From the NCBI GenBank assembly GCA_032718475.1, contig JAUCBJ010006410.1:1-64000 (forward strand): a stretch of 64,000 nt of DNA, read 5' to 3'. Below are positions 45,737-59,043 of the stretch, in pieces (the stretch's first letter is position 1; each line of letters opens with the position of its first letter). This stretch comes from Nemertoderma westbladi (taxonomy: Eukaryota; Animalia; Xenacoelomorpha). The notes beneath the pieces were generated by a model. The model made no database searches and was not told the DNA's origin. It worked only from the letters and a program-made list of their open reading frames with translations. Made by a program: the position numbers and the translations under genes.

Positions 45737-46270
45737 CTAACATTCTCACTATGGGGGTTTTAAGGAGTGCTGATTACATTTCTGATGTCAGTTTTCACGT
45801 TTACATAAATCTAGTCTGTCTGTCTGTCGGTCATTCTGTCAGTCAGTCTGTCAAAACATAAAAGAGAATTCAAATTAACTAACATTCTCGCTATGGGGGT
45901 TTTAAGGGGTGCTGATTTCATTTCTGATGTCAGTTTTCAGGTTTACATAAATCTAGTCTGTCTGTTTGTCGGTCTTTCTGTCAGTCAGTCAGTCTGTCAA
46001 AACTTAAAAAAGAATACAAACTAACTAACATTCTCGTTATGGGGGTATTAATGGGTGCTAATTTTATTTCAGATGTCAGTTTTCACGTTTAAAAAAATAT
46101 AGTCTGTCTGGCTGTCGGTCTTTCTGTCAGTCAGTCTGTGAAAACTTAAGAAAGTATACTAACTAACCAACATTCTCGCAATGGGGGTTTAAGGGTTGCT
46201 GATTTCATTTCTGATGTCAGTTTACACGTTTACATAAATCTAGTCTGTCTGTCGGTCTCTCTGTCAGTCT
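45737..46270. repeat. ~143-bp tandem repeat, ~4 copies, downstream of a (GT)n tract
   Basis: CTAACATTCTCGCTATGGGGGTTTTAAG...TCTGATGTCAGTTTTCACGTTTACATAAATCTAGTCTGTC at ~45737, 45879, 46025, 46167. Confidence 0.9.
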
Positions 46271-46448
46271 GAACTACTGTACTGTGGTTGGCATTACGCC
46301 ATATACCTAACACTAATAAATACAGTCTACAATACAGCCTATCTACAGTACAGAATGGATTTTTTGCCACGAAGAGCAATAAATGTCATTAATACTATCC
46401 ACCAGTATACCTACTCCAAGAGCCTTCCAATAAAACATGTATTCCAGC

Positions 46449-46520
46449 ATGACGTCCACTGCACGTCTTCGTGTTGACCATGGTGACGTGCAGTGGACGT
46501 CATAGGCTCTAAGGGGTTAA
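46449..46520. mobile_element. Perfect 19-bp inverted repeat followed by a piggyBac-like right end (GGGG|TTAA)
   Basis: ATGACGTCCACTGCACGTC...GACGTGCAGTGGACGTCAT, then AGGCTCTAAGGGGTTAA. No matching left end was found. Confidence 0.35.
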
Positions 46521-46569
46521 GCAACACGGTCCCTACTTCGCCCTGTCGACACCCCAGCCATTTTCACCA

Positions 46570-46872
46570 ATCCTTTTTTAGAGTTTTTTAATTTTTTTGG
46601 TATTGGTGAAAGTTCTACAGCATTAGTAGATATGTGTTTTATGATAGCTAGTGTTTTTTTGCTAGCTAGTATTTTTTGAAATTATAAAAAATGTGAAAGT
46701 CCATGATATTTCAGGTTAAACTGTTGAAGAATATATTAATGACCAAAATAATTTCCAAAAATTACTAGCTAGTAAAAAATACTAGCTATATACAATTGAA
46801 AATCTACTAAGGTTCTAGAATATTCACTAATATAAAAAAAAAGCACTCAAAATCACAAAAAATAAAGGTTAA
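46570..46872. repeat. Degenerate AT-rich foldback
   Basis: ATTAGTAGAT...TAGCTAGT...GCTAGCTAGTA versus TACTAGCTAGT...ACTAGCTA...ATCTACTAA. Confidence 0.5.
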
Positions 46873-48341
46873 AAAACTCATTCGGGACCCCTTTTGCTTA
46901 AGGAGTCAAAATTGTAGAACAAATTCCCGAAGTCTGCGACGTTTGCGAAATTCGCGAAGAATCCGTCAGTTTCTGTGCCCTAATGGTTTCGTGACGAAAC
47001 AATCAAATCTTACACACTTAACACACACGAACTAATTTAATGTGTGTATTAGTATGCATGAATCATTAAATATAAATTAAATTAATGAACGCTATTTCAA
47101 CATGAAATCTACGGAATCAATACACAACACACGCACACTACTGAATTTAAAAATTTATATAGATTGCAACTTATATTTGGCTACCTTTTAGGCCTAATGG
47201 GTGACTAATTTAATTATTCACCCCTATATATTTGTAGCCTTTTTAATTTGTGCCTCTAATTGAATCAAACATTAAACTAAAATATATGTCACAATATTGG
47301 TCTGTCGGTAGCTGGTCAATGAATCTCTCATAAATTTGTTAATTAGTCGCTGCTCAGTCATTGAACCTTTGAACACGTGCTGCTCGAAGACCCCACAACG
47401 TGTTTTATTGCCAGCAACTCAGGCTAGTCCCGATTCCACACCTACATCTGTCAAAGTTGAACCAATCCGAGTTAGTTTACCATACATAGGATCGTTGTTT
47501 CAACAAAGTCTTGTAAACAAGCCAATATTATACTTAGTTAGTAAAACTGCTCAGAGTATCTCAAGTAGGGCTTCTTAGACTCTGTTCTTAGACTAATTCC
47601 CTTGTTTATACTCATGGTTAATTACCCACACTTCGGCTAGCACACTCCTCATCATACTCTTTTAATTACCATCTCCCCAGTTGTGACGTTTGATATATTG
47701 CTCACAACAAATATCAAATGAGAAACCTGAGAATCATCTATCAGAAACGTTTTCTGAATTATTCTCAATTATTTTCTAAATAATTATTTTTGAAAATTGA
47801 GCAAATATTGTGAAATTTCAACAATACACCAATTAATCATTTGAATTTTATTTTTTTCTCCCATGTATTTAGTTTCCTACGTAAGAAATACCGATACACG
47901 TCCTTCAGAGGTACACCCTGGTGGGGTCGAAAAATCGGCTACTGATTGACAGGAACAAAAGATAGAGTTGAAGGAAGGACCAACTAAAGAAATGTGAAAC
48001 ACTAAAGATTAAAACAACAATGAGCGCGCACTCACTCTGAAAGCTCATAGTAAACTGGGTGACATCTGGCATGGTAGCTTAGGAAACGGCAATAAGGTCT
48101 TGCAGCTGCAGGATCTAATTTCGTAATTACTCTATTCTATTAGCTATTAATTGGCAAATGATAGTTTGTTGGTTAGTTACTGATCGCAAATACTTTGAGT
48201 GAATGACTTATTTGCATTAGATCATTATAAGCACTTTTATATGCTTGATGTAACTCAGTACACTTTGCTTTTAACTTGGGATCTAAGTTCATTTCGCGAC
48301 TAGCATGATGATTACCACAGGCTTTTAAATAGCATAAAGTG

Positions 48342-49865
48342 AGATCTAAGTTCACCTAGTTAGGATCTAAGTTCACGTAGTTAGGATCTAAGTTCACCTA
48401 GTTAGGATCTAAGTTCACATCGTTAGGATCTAAGTTCACCCAGATAGGATCTAAGTTCACCTAGTTAGGATCTAAGTTCACCTAGTTAGGATCTAAGTTC
48501 ACCTAGTTAGGATCTGAGATCACCTAGTTAGGATAAGTGCAACTAGTTAGGATCTAAGTTCACCTAGTTAGGATCTAAGTTCACCTAGTTAGGATCTAAG
48601 TTCACCTAGTTAGGATCTAAGTTCACCTAGTTAGGATCTAAATTCACCTAGTTAGGATCTAAGTTCACCCAGATAGGATCTAAGCTCACCAAGTTAGGAT
48701 CTAAGTTCACCCAGATAGGATCTAAGTTCACCTAGTTAGGATCTAAGTTCACCTAGTTAGGATCTAAGTTCACCTCGTTAGGATCTAAGTTCACCTCGTT
48801 AGGATCTAAGTTCACCTAGTTAGGATCTAAGTTCATCTAGTTAGGATCTAAGTTCACCCAGTTAGGATCTAAGTTCACCTAGTTAGGATCTAAGTTCACC
48901 TAGTTAGGATCTAAGTTCACCTAGTTAGGATCTAAGTTCACCTAGTTAGGATCTAAGTTCACCCAGATAGGATCTAAATTCACCAAGTTAGGATCTAAGA
49001 TCACCTAGTTAGGATCTAAGTTCATCTAGTTACGATCTAAGTTCACCCAGATAGGATCTAAGTTCACCAAGTTAGGATCTAAATTCACCTAGTTAGAATC
49101 TAAGTTAACCTAGTTAGGATCTAAGTTCACCTAGTTAGGATCTAAGTTCACCTAGTTAGGATCTAAGATCACCTAGTTAGGATCTAAGTTCACCTAGTTA
49201 GGATCTAAGTTCACCTAGTTAGGATCTAAGTTCACCTAGTTAGGATCTAAGTTCACCTAGTTAGGATCTAAGTTCACCTAGTTAGGATCTAAGTTCACCC
49301 AGATAGGATCTAAGTTCACCAAGTTAGGATCTAAGTTCACCTAGTTAGGATCTAAGATCACCTAGTTAGGATCTAAGTTCACCTCGTTAGGATCTAAGTT
49401 CACCAAGTTAGGATCTAAGTTCACCCAGGTAGGATCTAAGTTCACCTACTTAGGATCTAAGTTCACCCAGATAGGATCTAAATTCACCAAGTTAGGATCT
49501 AAGTTCACCTAGTTAGGATCTAAGTTCATCTAGTTAGGATCTAAGTTCACCCAGATAGGATCTAAATTCACCAAGTTAGGATCTAAGTTCACCTAGTTAG
49601 GATCTAAGTTCATCTAGTTAGGATCTAAGTTCACCTTAGTTAGGATCTAAGTTCACCTAGTTTAGGATCTAAGTTCACCTAGTTAGGATCTAAGTTCACC
49701 TTGTTAGGATCTAAGTTCACTTAGTAAGGATCTAAGTTCACCCAGATAGGATCTAAATTCACCAAGTTAGGATCTAAGTTCACCTAGTTAGGATCTAAGT
49801 TCATCTAGTTAGGATCTAAGTTCACCCAGATAGGATCTAAGTTCACCAGCTAGGATCTATGTTCG
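48342..49865. repeat. 21-bp satellite (TTAGGATCTAAGTTCACCTAG), roughly 70 units
   Basis: Highly homogeneous array with recurrent variants (CCCAGATAGG, ACCAAGTTAGG). Confidence 0.97.
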
Positions 49866-51000
49866 CATGTAGGACCTAAGTTCGCAAAGATCTAAGTCAA
49901 AGTCAGGCCCTGCAGGATCTAAGTTCACCAGATAGGATCTATGTTCGCATGTAGGACCTAAGTTCGCAAAGATCTAAGTCAAAGTCAGCCCCTGCAGGAT
50001 CTAAGTTCGTTTTTCCAACAGGCAGCAGGTAGGTCTGTACTGCATACTGCAGTGGTACTGCACCCTGCACTGCAGTGCTATAGGCCTACACAATCAGACA
50101 ATACAGCAAGCAATACACAACCTGTCACTCAGTAATACTGTAATATACCACTCTGCCACTGCCAGTGAGTACTGCTGTAGGTGCACTGCACTGCAGTTAC
50201 TTAATTCAGTAATTAGATCTGTCTGTCTGTAGATGAACTTGAACTTGTTTATTAGCGCGCGGTTTCCAAAGTAAAATAAATACATTTCACTTCACTACAA
50301 TTAGTTATAGCACCAGGCAGCCAGGCAGCCAGGGCTCGTACAACTAAAGTACAGTACAGCAGTAGGCCTACTGCCTGACTGAAGTTGCAGTATGAGAGTA
50401 TGACGATCACATTGCAATTGCTACTGTCTGACTGTTAACATAGTTGATATAGGGCAGTAGGGCCTATCAGCCTATCAGCCTATGCAATTTAGTTTGTGTT
50501 AAATATTGAATATTTACAACAATCTGACAATGTAAGATTCGCAATTGAAATAAAATCAATAAAGACAAAAGAACGTAATTGACTGATTGATACAGAAACC
50601 CCTGACATGACATAGGCCTCCTGAAATAGGCCTAGCAGTTAGGGTAGCCTAGCTGCCTAGGTTTCATAAATAGCAAGTTTTTTTTTCTTCTTATAGGCCT
50701 ATCTGCCTATAGGACAGTAGGAAATCGTGCTTCCTATATAGGAAATTTTTGCCATTTTTCTGAACATTTTCTTCGTTATCTTTTGAAATAAATTTTAGCG
50801 GCATACCGCAGTACCGGTAGGCCTATTTGAATTCCTGCTTATCATGCTTATTGCTGTATTCAGGTATTGGAGGTTAATCTTTACTATGTGAATACTAGAA
50901 AAAAAACTATCTGTGCATTCGCTTTCTATATGCTATAGCCAGATACTGGTAGCCATTTTATAAACGTAACTTTTTTCAGAGAATTTCTTATATATATAGG

Positions 51001-54000
51001 CAGTAGGGAACATACCCTTAAATAAGCTCCAAAAGCGGGTTCTTATTTAAGGAAAATGGCTCTTATTTAGGGGTTTTTGGGCCTTTTTTGGATATTTTTT
51101 CGACATAATATGCAAGAACTTGTTTCAGTAAAAAATACCGCATAATTTTATTTCACAATATAAAAGTTGGTTCTTTCTTGAACATAATGCAAAAAACCAG
51201 AAAACATTTCACCGTCCGGTTTTTTTTCTACAAGCGTTTTAAAATTGCATCAAAAATACGACCAGTTCCTAAATAAGAGGGATTTTTTAAATTTACCTTA
51301 TTTAAGACATCGAAATTGTACACAAATACTAAAAGTCCTTAAATAGGAACTTTTTGACATGGGTTTCTGATTTAGGTATACAATTTCATTCCAAAATCTG
51401 CATACTCCTTAAATAAATTAAATATTTCTCATTTCTCACAGAGAGTAGAAGCAGTTCCGCGACAATAATATTGCTATAATATTGCTCCTCAAAAGAGGGC
51501 CCTTACTGCATCAGGGACGCGTTTTTCGACAGAGCCCCGTCAGCTGAAACAGCCAGTGCCGCTAGTCGATGGGGTTGACTTGTTGACGAGAGGCTATTAT
51601 GAGGCGCAATGGGATACGCATTGCGTATCTCCTTCTGTCAACCAATACTGGCCTCACTTCTCATATATTAAATAAAATAAATTAAATTAAATATCCTTAT
51701 ATAATGTCTCTTATAACTTCGTCTCCCAGCCCCGTCCTCCTTCTGCCCTTATCTGCTTATGACAGTTATGACCTACCTGCCTAACCTTGACAGGAGACAG
51801 GACATTGCAAGATGCAGAGATAAGGGAGTTTCTGAGCTTAATTGGATAGGTGCAAAAATGCACAACGAGCAACAATGACCAACAATAAGCAACAAATGAA
51901 CAATGAGTAACAAAACAACGAGCAACAATGAGTAACACAACGAGCAACAATTAGCAACAACGAGTAACATTGAACAATAATAAAGTACAACAACGAGTAA
52001 TAATGAGCAACAACGACTGAACGAGCAACAATGAGCAACAACGAGTAACAATGAGCAACTACGACTACTACGAGTAACATTGAGAAACAATGAGTAACGA
52101 GCAAAAATGAGCAATAATAAAGTACAACAACGAGCAACAATGAGCAACAGCGAGAAACAACGAACAACAATGAGCAATAATGAGGAACAACGACTGAACA
52201 AGCAACAATGAGCAACAACGAGTAACATTGAGAAACACCGAGCAACAATGAGTAATAATAAAGTACAACAACGAGCAACAATGAGCAACAACGAGAAACA
52301 GCGAGCAACAATGAGGAACAACGACTGAACGAGCTATAATAAAGTACAACAACGAGCAACAACGAGTAACAATGAGTAATAATGAGCAACAACGAGCAAC
52401 AATGAGCAACAACGAGTAACATTGAGAAACACCGAGCAACAATGACTGAATGAGTAATAATAAAGTACAAAAACGAGCAACAACGAGAAACAGCGAGCAA
52501 CAACGAGAAACAATGAGGAACAACGACTGAACGAGCAATAATAATAAATAGTACAACAACGAGCAACATTGAGAAACAACGAGCAACAATGAGCAATATT
52601 AAAGTACAACGACTAAACGAGCAACAACGAGTTATATTGAGCAACAACGAGATATATTGAGCAACAATGAACAATAATAAAGTACAACAACGAGCAACAA
52701 TGAGCAACAACGAGTAATATTGATCAACAACGAGCAACAATGAGCAATAATAAAGTACAATGAGAAACAACGAGCAACAATGAGGAACAACGTTTGAACG
52801 AGCAATAATAAAGTACAACAATGAGAAACAATGAGCAATAATGAGCAACAACGAGCAATAATAGAGTACAACGAGCCACAACGAGCAATAATGAAGTACA
52901 ACTAACGAGCAACAATGAGCACCAACAAGCAACAATGACCAACAACGAGCAACAATGACCAACAATGAGAAATAATAAAGCACAACGAGCAGCAATGAGC
53001 AACAATGAGCAACAAACTGCGTTGAATGTGGGGGAGAGCCACGTTCAAGTGAGCGAAGCCTTAGCATATGGGTGCTATTAACGAGTTATCTGTCGTCGTT
53101 GTAAATTTTTTATCGCTAATAACTCGGTCATTCCTTGATGAAATTAAACGAAACTTAGTATGTATGTAGTCTGTCAAAAGATTAAAATAATCTGAAGTTT
53201 GGTAAAAACGAGTATTGTGTTGAACGACCTCTGACTAACGAAAGATAACATGTTAATGGGGTGGGACCCCTATCAGCTAGGTCTAGCTAAGGCTTTGCTC
53301 ACTTCATGCTGCGCAAAGGTCCCACAAACGTGTCCCACTCCTGCCTGAGCCAGTTGAGCCAAAACGTCATCCAGTCATCATCTTTAACCTTCATAACGTC
53401 TATCAGCTGCCCAACCGAACAATCTTTGTGCCTATTGACATGACAGTGACATTGGTTTTTCACTTTTTTCACACCTTTCAAGTACAACATTGTGGACAAT
53501 CCATCTAAGTGGGGCGTAACGCGGAGCAGAAGAGGAAACGCAGGACACAAGTTAGTTTTTCGAAACTGTGCGGCGATGTCCAGTTACTTGAGTCATGTTT
53601 CATCGAAATACGTGAACGTGACAATGTATGTGCACTCAGATGGGCGATGGGCTATTCTTTTGAATATCAATGGGCTATTCTATGCTACCGTGTGAGGTAA
53701 GAATGCCAGTGCTAGCAACTTCATTATGATACGATATTCTATAGAGGATTTATAGAGTGCAGTGCAATCATTGTCCTTATCCTTAACCCAACAATTAGCA
53801 ATATACAGACTGACATAAATCAAAGAATTATGAAAGAAGTGTAACACATATGTAAGGAATAAGGAATATTTATTTTATTTAAGGAATGTGCAGATTTTGG
53901 AATACAATTGTATTCCTAAATAAGAAACCCAGGTCAAAAAGTTCTTATTTAGGGACTTTTAGTATTTATCTGTACAATTTCGATATCTTAAATAAGGTAA

Positions 54001-54292
54001 ATTTAAAAAATCCCCCTTATTTAGGAACTAGTCGTATTTTTGATGCAATTTTAAAACGCTTGTAGAAAAAAAACCGGACGGTGAAATGTTTTCTGGTTTT
54101 TTGCTTTATGTTCAAGAAAGACCCAACTTTTACATTGTGAAATAAAATTATGCGGTATTTTTTCCTGAAACAAGTTATTGCATATTATATCGAAAAAATA
54201 TCCAAAAAAGGCCCAAAAACCCCTAAATAAGAGCCATTTTCCTTAAATAAGAACCCACTTTTGGAGCTTATTTAAGGGTATGTTCCCTACTG
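51001..54292. mobile_element. Long-TIR non-autonomous DNA transposon (inner), 5-bp TSD ATAGG
   Basis: CAGTAGGGAACATACCCTTAAATAAG...CTTATTTAAGGGTATGTTCCCTACTG; ~420-bp near-perfect arms; ATAGG at 50996-51000 and 54293-54297. Confidence 0.88.
51860..53015. repeat. AAC-rich degenerate ~10-bp repeat (AACGAGCAAC/AATGAGCAAC)
   Basis: Low-complexity array producing spurious L/V/C-rich minus-strand ORFs. Confidence 0.9.
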
Positions 54293-55394
54293 ATAGGAAA
54301 CAGGCCTATCCTATTTTACTTCCTATTTAGGAGTTTAACCTATCTGCTTATTTCTTATTTAAAAAAATTTATGTATTTATTTTTCGTAAAATAAGAAAAT
54401 ATATTTTCCAGCAGTTCATTCCGGATTCTGCAGTACTGACAGACTGAGCTGAGGCTTGAGCTGATAGCGATAGGGCTGGGATACTACTAGATACTACCCT
54501 GTCATCCTCTCCTGTCTTGCAGTCTAGGCTATATCAGTATATGGTTTGCAGTTTCAGATGGCCTAATACAGCAATATAACTGATATAAAACTACATCCCT
54601 CCAACACAGTGGGATATTTTTACAATAATTATTACAGTAATACTGTAATAATTATTGATTAATAATATTTTTAAAATAATTAATAATTATTAATGCATAT
54701 TATTTTTATAATAATTAATGCAATGTTATTTTATAATAATTAGGCCTAATGCAGTAATGATTATATATGCATCAAGCAATAATATTTTTGTAATAATTAA
54801 CAGATTAATGATTATTCATGCAATATTATTTTTACAATACCAGTAGGCTTAATTAATAATTACTTTGCTGCTTTGCAATAATATTTTAAAATAATTATTA
54901 ACTATTGATGTGATGCAATATTATTTTTACAATAACTAATAATTATTTATGCAATAATATTTTAAATAATAATTAATAATTATTTATGCAATAATATTTT
55001 TACAATAATTAATAATTATTGATGGAAAAATATTTTTACAATAATATAGTAGGCCTATAACAGTATAATCAGATAATAGCAACAATGCCTGCAAATATAT
55101 TTCCCCCTTGACATATATCATAGGCCTATACTGCTATATATCATTAGTATCTTGTAGGCTTTTATCACGCACCCTAACTTATTTGCTTTCCTTAAATCTT
55201 CAAAAATTTACATTTATTTGCGTCAGAATATTGACTTCTAAACATGGCCAGTTTCTGAATTTCTTCATACAACATCCAAGACCTAGTAGAGAGCGACATT
55301 TCACTTTTTAAGTAAGATAAACTAAATATAACTTAGTACAGTAGTAATAAATCATCCATTCCTCAAACTGAAAGTAACTTACAGAGATTGGATT

Positions 55395-55602
55395 GGAACA
55401 AAGTTTGCAATAATAGGAACAAAGTTCGCATTGATAGGAACAAAGTTCGCAATAATTGGAACATAATTGTCCTTGAAAATTCGATAGGAACATAGTTCGC
55501 ATTCGCAAGTAGAGGAACAAAGTTCGCTACGTGTTGGAACGAAATTCGCAAAAATGCAATAGGAACAAAATTCGCAAAATAACAATAGGAACAAAATTCG
55601 CG
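55395..55602. repeat. Short tandem repeat GGAACAAAGTTCGCA plus spacer, ~8 copies
   Basis: Directly visible. Confidence 0.75.
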
Positions 55603-56614
55603 CCACCAGTACAGTACAGTCAGAAAGTAGGCCCTACACGAACACGAGTCTGCGAGTAGGACTACAGCAATAACACTAACGTATTTACTATATATATTGT
55701 TTTATCATTTTGCAATTTGTTAGTATTTTATTTACTACATTTAACATCGTCTTAAATTGAACTGGCAAGTCATAATTTTTCTTAATTAAGAAAAATCAAG
55801 ACATAAAATATTTTAAATAAGAAATAAGTTAAACTCCTAAATAGGAAGTCCAAAAAATATTTCCTATATAAGAAATTCTCGGAAAAAGTAACGTTTTTAA
55901 AATGGCTGTAGAAAGCGAATGCACAGATAGTTTTTTTTCTAGTTTTCACAACAAACGTAGTACCGGTATAGATGTATAGATTATCCTCCAATAACCAGGA
56001 ATTCAAATAGGCCTATGCCATTAAATTTTATTTCAAAAGATAACAAAGAAAATATTCAGAAAAATGTCAAAAATTTTCTATATATATAGGAAGCACTTTT
56101 TTCCTATATAGGAAGAAAAAAACTTCCTATTTAAGAAACCTACCCTAACTGCCTAGTCAGCTAGTTGAATATAATATACCCAGTCAGCCAGTACAAGCGT
56201 TATAATGGCGGAATGGGGTTTTACTTTTCAACGTATGCTATACGTAACCACCCACGTATGAGCGTACGTTACGTATCCATGTATATATACATTACATTGA
56301 GCGATTTGACATACGCCTGTATGCGTAGGCCTATGCATAGGCCTATGCATAGGCAGGCGTAGTCGAATACTGTTTCCTGATTGGTCCAGATGAGATACAA
56401 GAGAAATGTCATGCAAAACGCTTAGGCCTCAGTTAGTTAAATTATATTCGACACAGAGCCCATGGGACCGGTACATACAGTTCAATATACTAAAAAGCCG
56501 AAACAACTGGCAGACTGGAAACACATCACAGATACGACTTGGAATACTATTCCCCAGTGGCAGTGTAGTTGCGTAGTGTGGGGAGGGGGGGGGGGGGGGG
56601 GGGGTCGAATAATG

Positions 56615-57386
56615 ATCTTAATGAGATAGCATGAAATTTGAAACAGAGATAGTTTCTCTACCCTACTCCTTGCTGGGTGAGAATTAGAGAGAATTTTATA
56701 GAATTTTTATTTTTGCTTTCATTCTTTAGCTACAAGCGTTTGAAAGAGGTGTCTCCATCGGTATTGCGCCAGTTATTCTTCAACCTTATAGCGATTTGTT
56801 GATATTGACAGAAAGCTGGCCATGCAAGGATTCCAAATATGTATCACAAACTGAATTTCGTCGTAAAACAGCAGAGATATGGGCATTCTAAAGTTGCATT
56901 GTTTTACACCTGCGAAAAGGTTATTTTATTATATTTAAAAAATACATCATATTCTAGAACATGTTGTTTATCCCATGCAGCTGGGCTACAATGCAATAAC
57001 TCTAGGTAATCATACTATTGCATACCCATTCGTATATAAACAAAGTGTTCTAGAATATGAATTATTATTTAAATAGAATAAAATAGCCTCGCGCAGATGC
57101 AAAATCATGCACCATTTCAACGCTCATATCTTAGCTATTTTACGGCCAAATTCAGAATATGATACATATTTGGAATCCTTGTATGGTCAGCATTCCATCA
57201 ATATCAACAAATCGCTATAAGGTTGGAGAATAACTGCGCTGTAACTGGCGCAATACCGATGGAGACACCTTTTTAAAAAGCTTGTAGCTAAAGAAGGAAA
57301 GCAAAAATAAAAATTCTGGCTCACCCAGCAAGGAGGAGGGAGGTGAAACTCTCTCTGTTTCAAATTTCATGCAATCTCATTAAGAT
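56615..57386. mobile_element. Foldback MITE with ~345-bp inverted arms, TTAA near both ends
   Basis: ATCTTAATGAGATAGCATGAAATTTGAAACAGAG... versus ...CTCTGTTTCAAATTTCATGCAATCTCATTAAGAT. Confidence 0.85.
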
Positions 57387-57760
57387 TTGTAGAAAAATTT
57401 GGGGGGGGGGGGGGGTCCAGGTACATATTATATTTGGTCTATATTCCAGGACATGGTGTATATGGATACTCACATCAACTCAACATCTTCACCGAATTAT
57501 TGTCTTCTGTTACTAGTTTCTTCCTCTCTCTTTCAATATACTGCATAAACACTAAACAGTCCTAATAGTCGCCTCTTTCGGAATGGGCAGTAAATCACCT
57601 CGGGCTTGGCAGCTTGGAACAACAATCCAGACTGGAAAATTGTTTGCAAAAATTAAAACGCGTGCGCAGTAAAATAATGGGTGCGCGTGCGCGGAAAAGA
57701 CCAAAAACGTGCGCCGTGCGTCGACAGAGCAAGCCTCATGTGCGCGCTCTTGCGCATTAA

Positions 57761-58068
57761 AAATTACCTGTTTTTCTAAACATATGCTTAAACATATGTA
57801 AGTACGGAAATTTTAATTGACAATTTAATATAAAACAAAAAAATTTAAAATATAAATAATTTTAAATAATAAAAATGTAAAACTGCAATCTCGAGTACGG
57901 GAGTGTGCGCATATTGAAAATACCCTGACCCCATTAATAAGGCGGGTCTTTATGTCGCTGTATGCTTTCATGGCAGGTTAATTCAACTATTTCGTTTTAA
58001 CTACTTGGTTTCCGCACTTACATATGTTTTAACTTTTAAGCATATGTTTAGAAATACAGGTAATTTTT
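57761..58068. repeat. Inverted repeat pair (~50 bp)
   Basis: AAATTACCTGTTTTTCTAAACATATGCTTAAA...TAAGTACGGAAA versus TTTCCGCACTTA...TTTAAGCATATGTTTAGAAATACAGGTAATTT. Confidence 0.65.
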
Positions 58069-58890
58069 AGTTCAACATTTATAAGTTTTTTTATTATCAT
58101 AACACTACTAATTGGTGATGTAAAACATAATACATGTAGTCCTGTCCTGCTGTAAGTGATTTAACACAATTTTTGATGAACAACTAAAGTATTTATTTAT
58201 TGAAGGTCACTTTTTTGTCAGATAATTACTTTGATGTTTATTACAGTAGGCCTATATCCAATCCACTTTATAATCAATAATTACCAATTCAGCGCAATTT
58301 AACATTTCACTATTCTACAAATTTAAAGTTCAATTTTCACCCATAGCTGCATAGCAGGTAATATCACATTTGAGGCACAGTGGTAAGAATTTTTTTTATC
58401 GATTCCCCTATGCCCGTGGCGTGGCGTACCACTTACAGACTTATACTTTTTTTTCAAACTTTAATGTACTTTTTTTTCAAACTTTAATGATTCCCCTATG
58501 CCCATGGCGAATCACTTATACTTTTTTCAAAAACTAAAACTGCTAATTAACTATGTATTAATAAATGGCACAAACTGCAAATTAATTTATTATTGTACAA
58601 AATGCCACAATTCCTAAAAATATGCACTGTAATATAATAATTGCTTAATAATAATTTGAGGTATACTTAAAAAAAACTTACTAAAAAATGATTGATTAAT
58701 TAAAATTTACTTGGTAAGCCATATAAATTACATAATTAACTAAAATAAACTATTATTACAAATTTATTACCGGTAATTATTGATTTCATGAATAATACTT
58801 ACTGACTCAGTATAAAATGCCACGAAAAATTACTGTAATGTAATTCACAACATAATTATATTGTAAATTATATTATTTAAAAATATATCA

Positions 58891-59043
58891 TCAATAATAT
58901 TCATCATCAGTGCGGGTAGAGAGATTGCCGCTTCCGCATCTGTTGCGTGTGCATCTCCACATGAGTTGATGAGCATCAGGTCGACGTATAGAACGAGACT
59001 TCCTCAAAGATAACTTCATTGCCATCAAGCAACGACAACACAT
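58891..59043 (-). pseudogene. Possible remnant of a Merlin/IS1595-like transposase N-terminal zinc ribbon
   Basis: Manual translation MCCRCLMAMKLSLRKSRSIRRPDAHQLMWRCTRNRCGSGNLSTR (CxxC...M.L...WRC...C...S.R). Confidence 0.3.

Larger units (their letters stand above)
50636..56151. mobile_element. Long-TIR non-autonomous DNA transposon (outer), 5-bp TSD CCTAG
   Basis: Termini CAGTTAGGGTAG...CTACCCTAACTG; arms 50636-51000 plus 54298-54400 versus 55775-56151; CCTAG at 50631-50635 and 56152-56156. Confidence 0.8.

Noticed and set aside
47336-47578. ORF with VSLPYIG resembling the Penelope RT-EN linker
   Set aside because: The match is too short and no adjacent RT or GIY-YIG motifs were recognised.
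48342-49865. CRISPR array or telomere
   Set aside because: No unique spacers, eukaryotic context, internal position with unique sequence on both sides, and a 21-bp unit rather than a simple telomeric repeat.
51711-53067. Long L/V/C-rich minus-strand ORFs (up to 409 aa)
   Set aside because: By-products of the AAC-rich repeat, which lacks stop codons on that strand.
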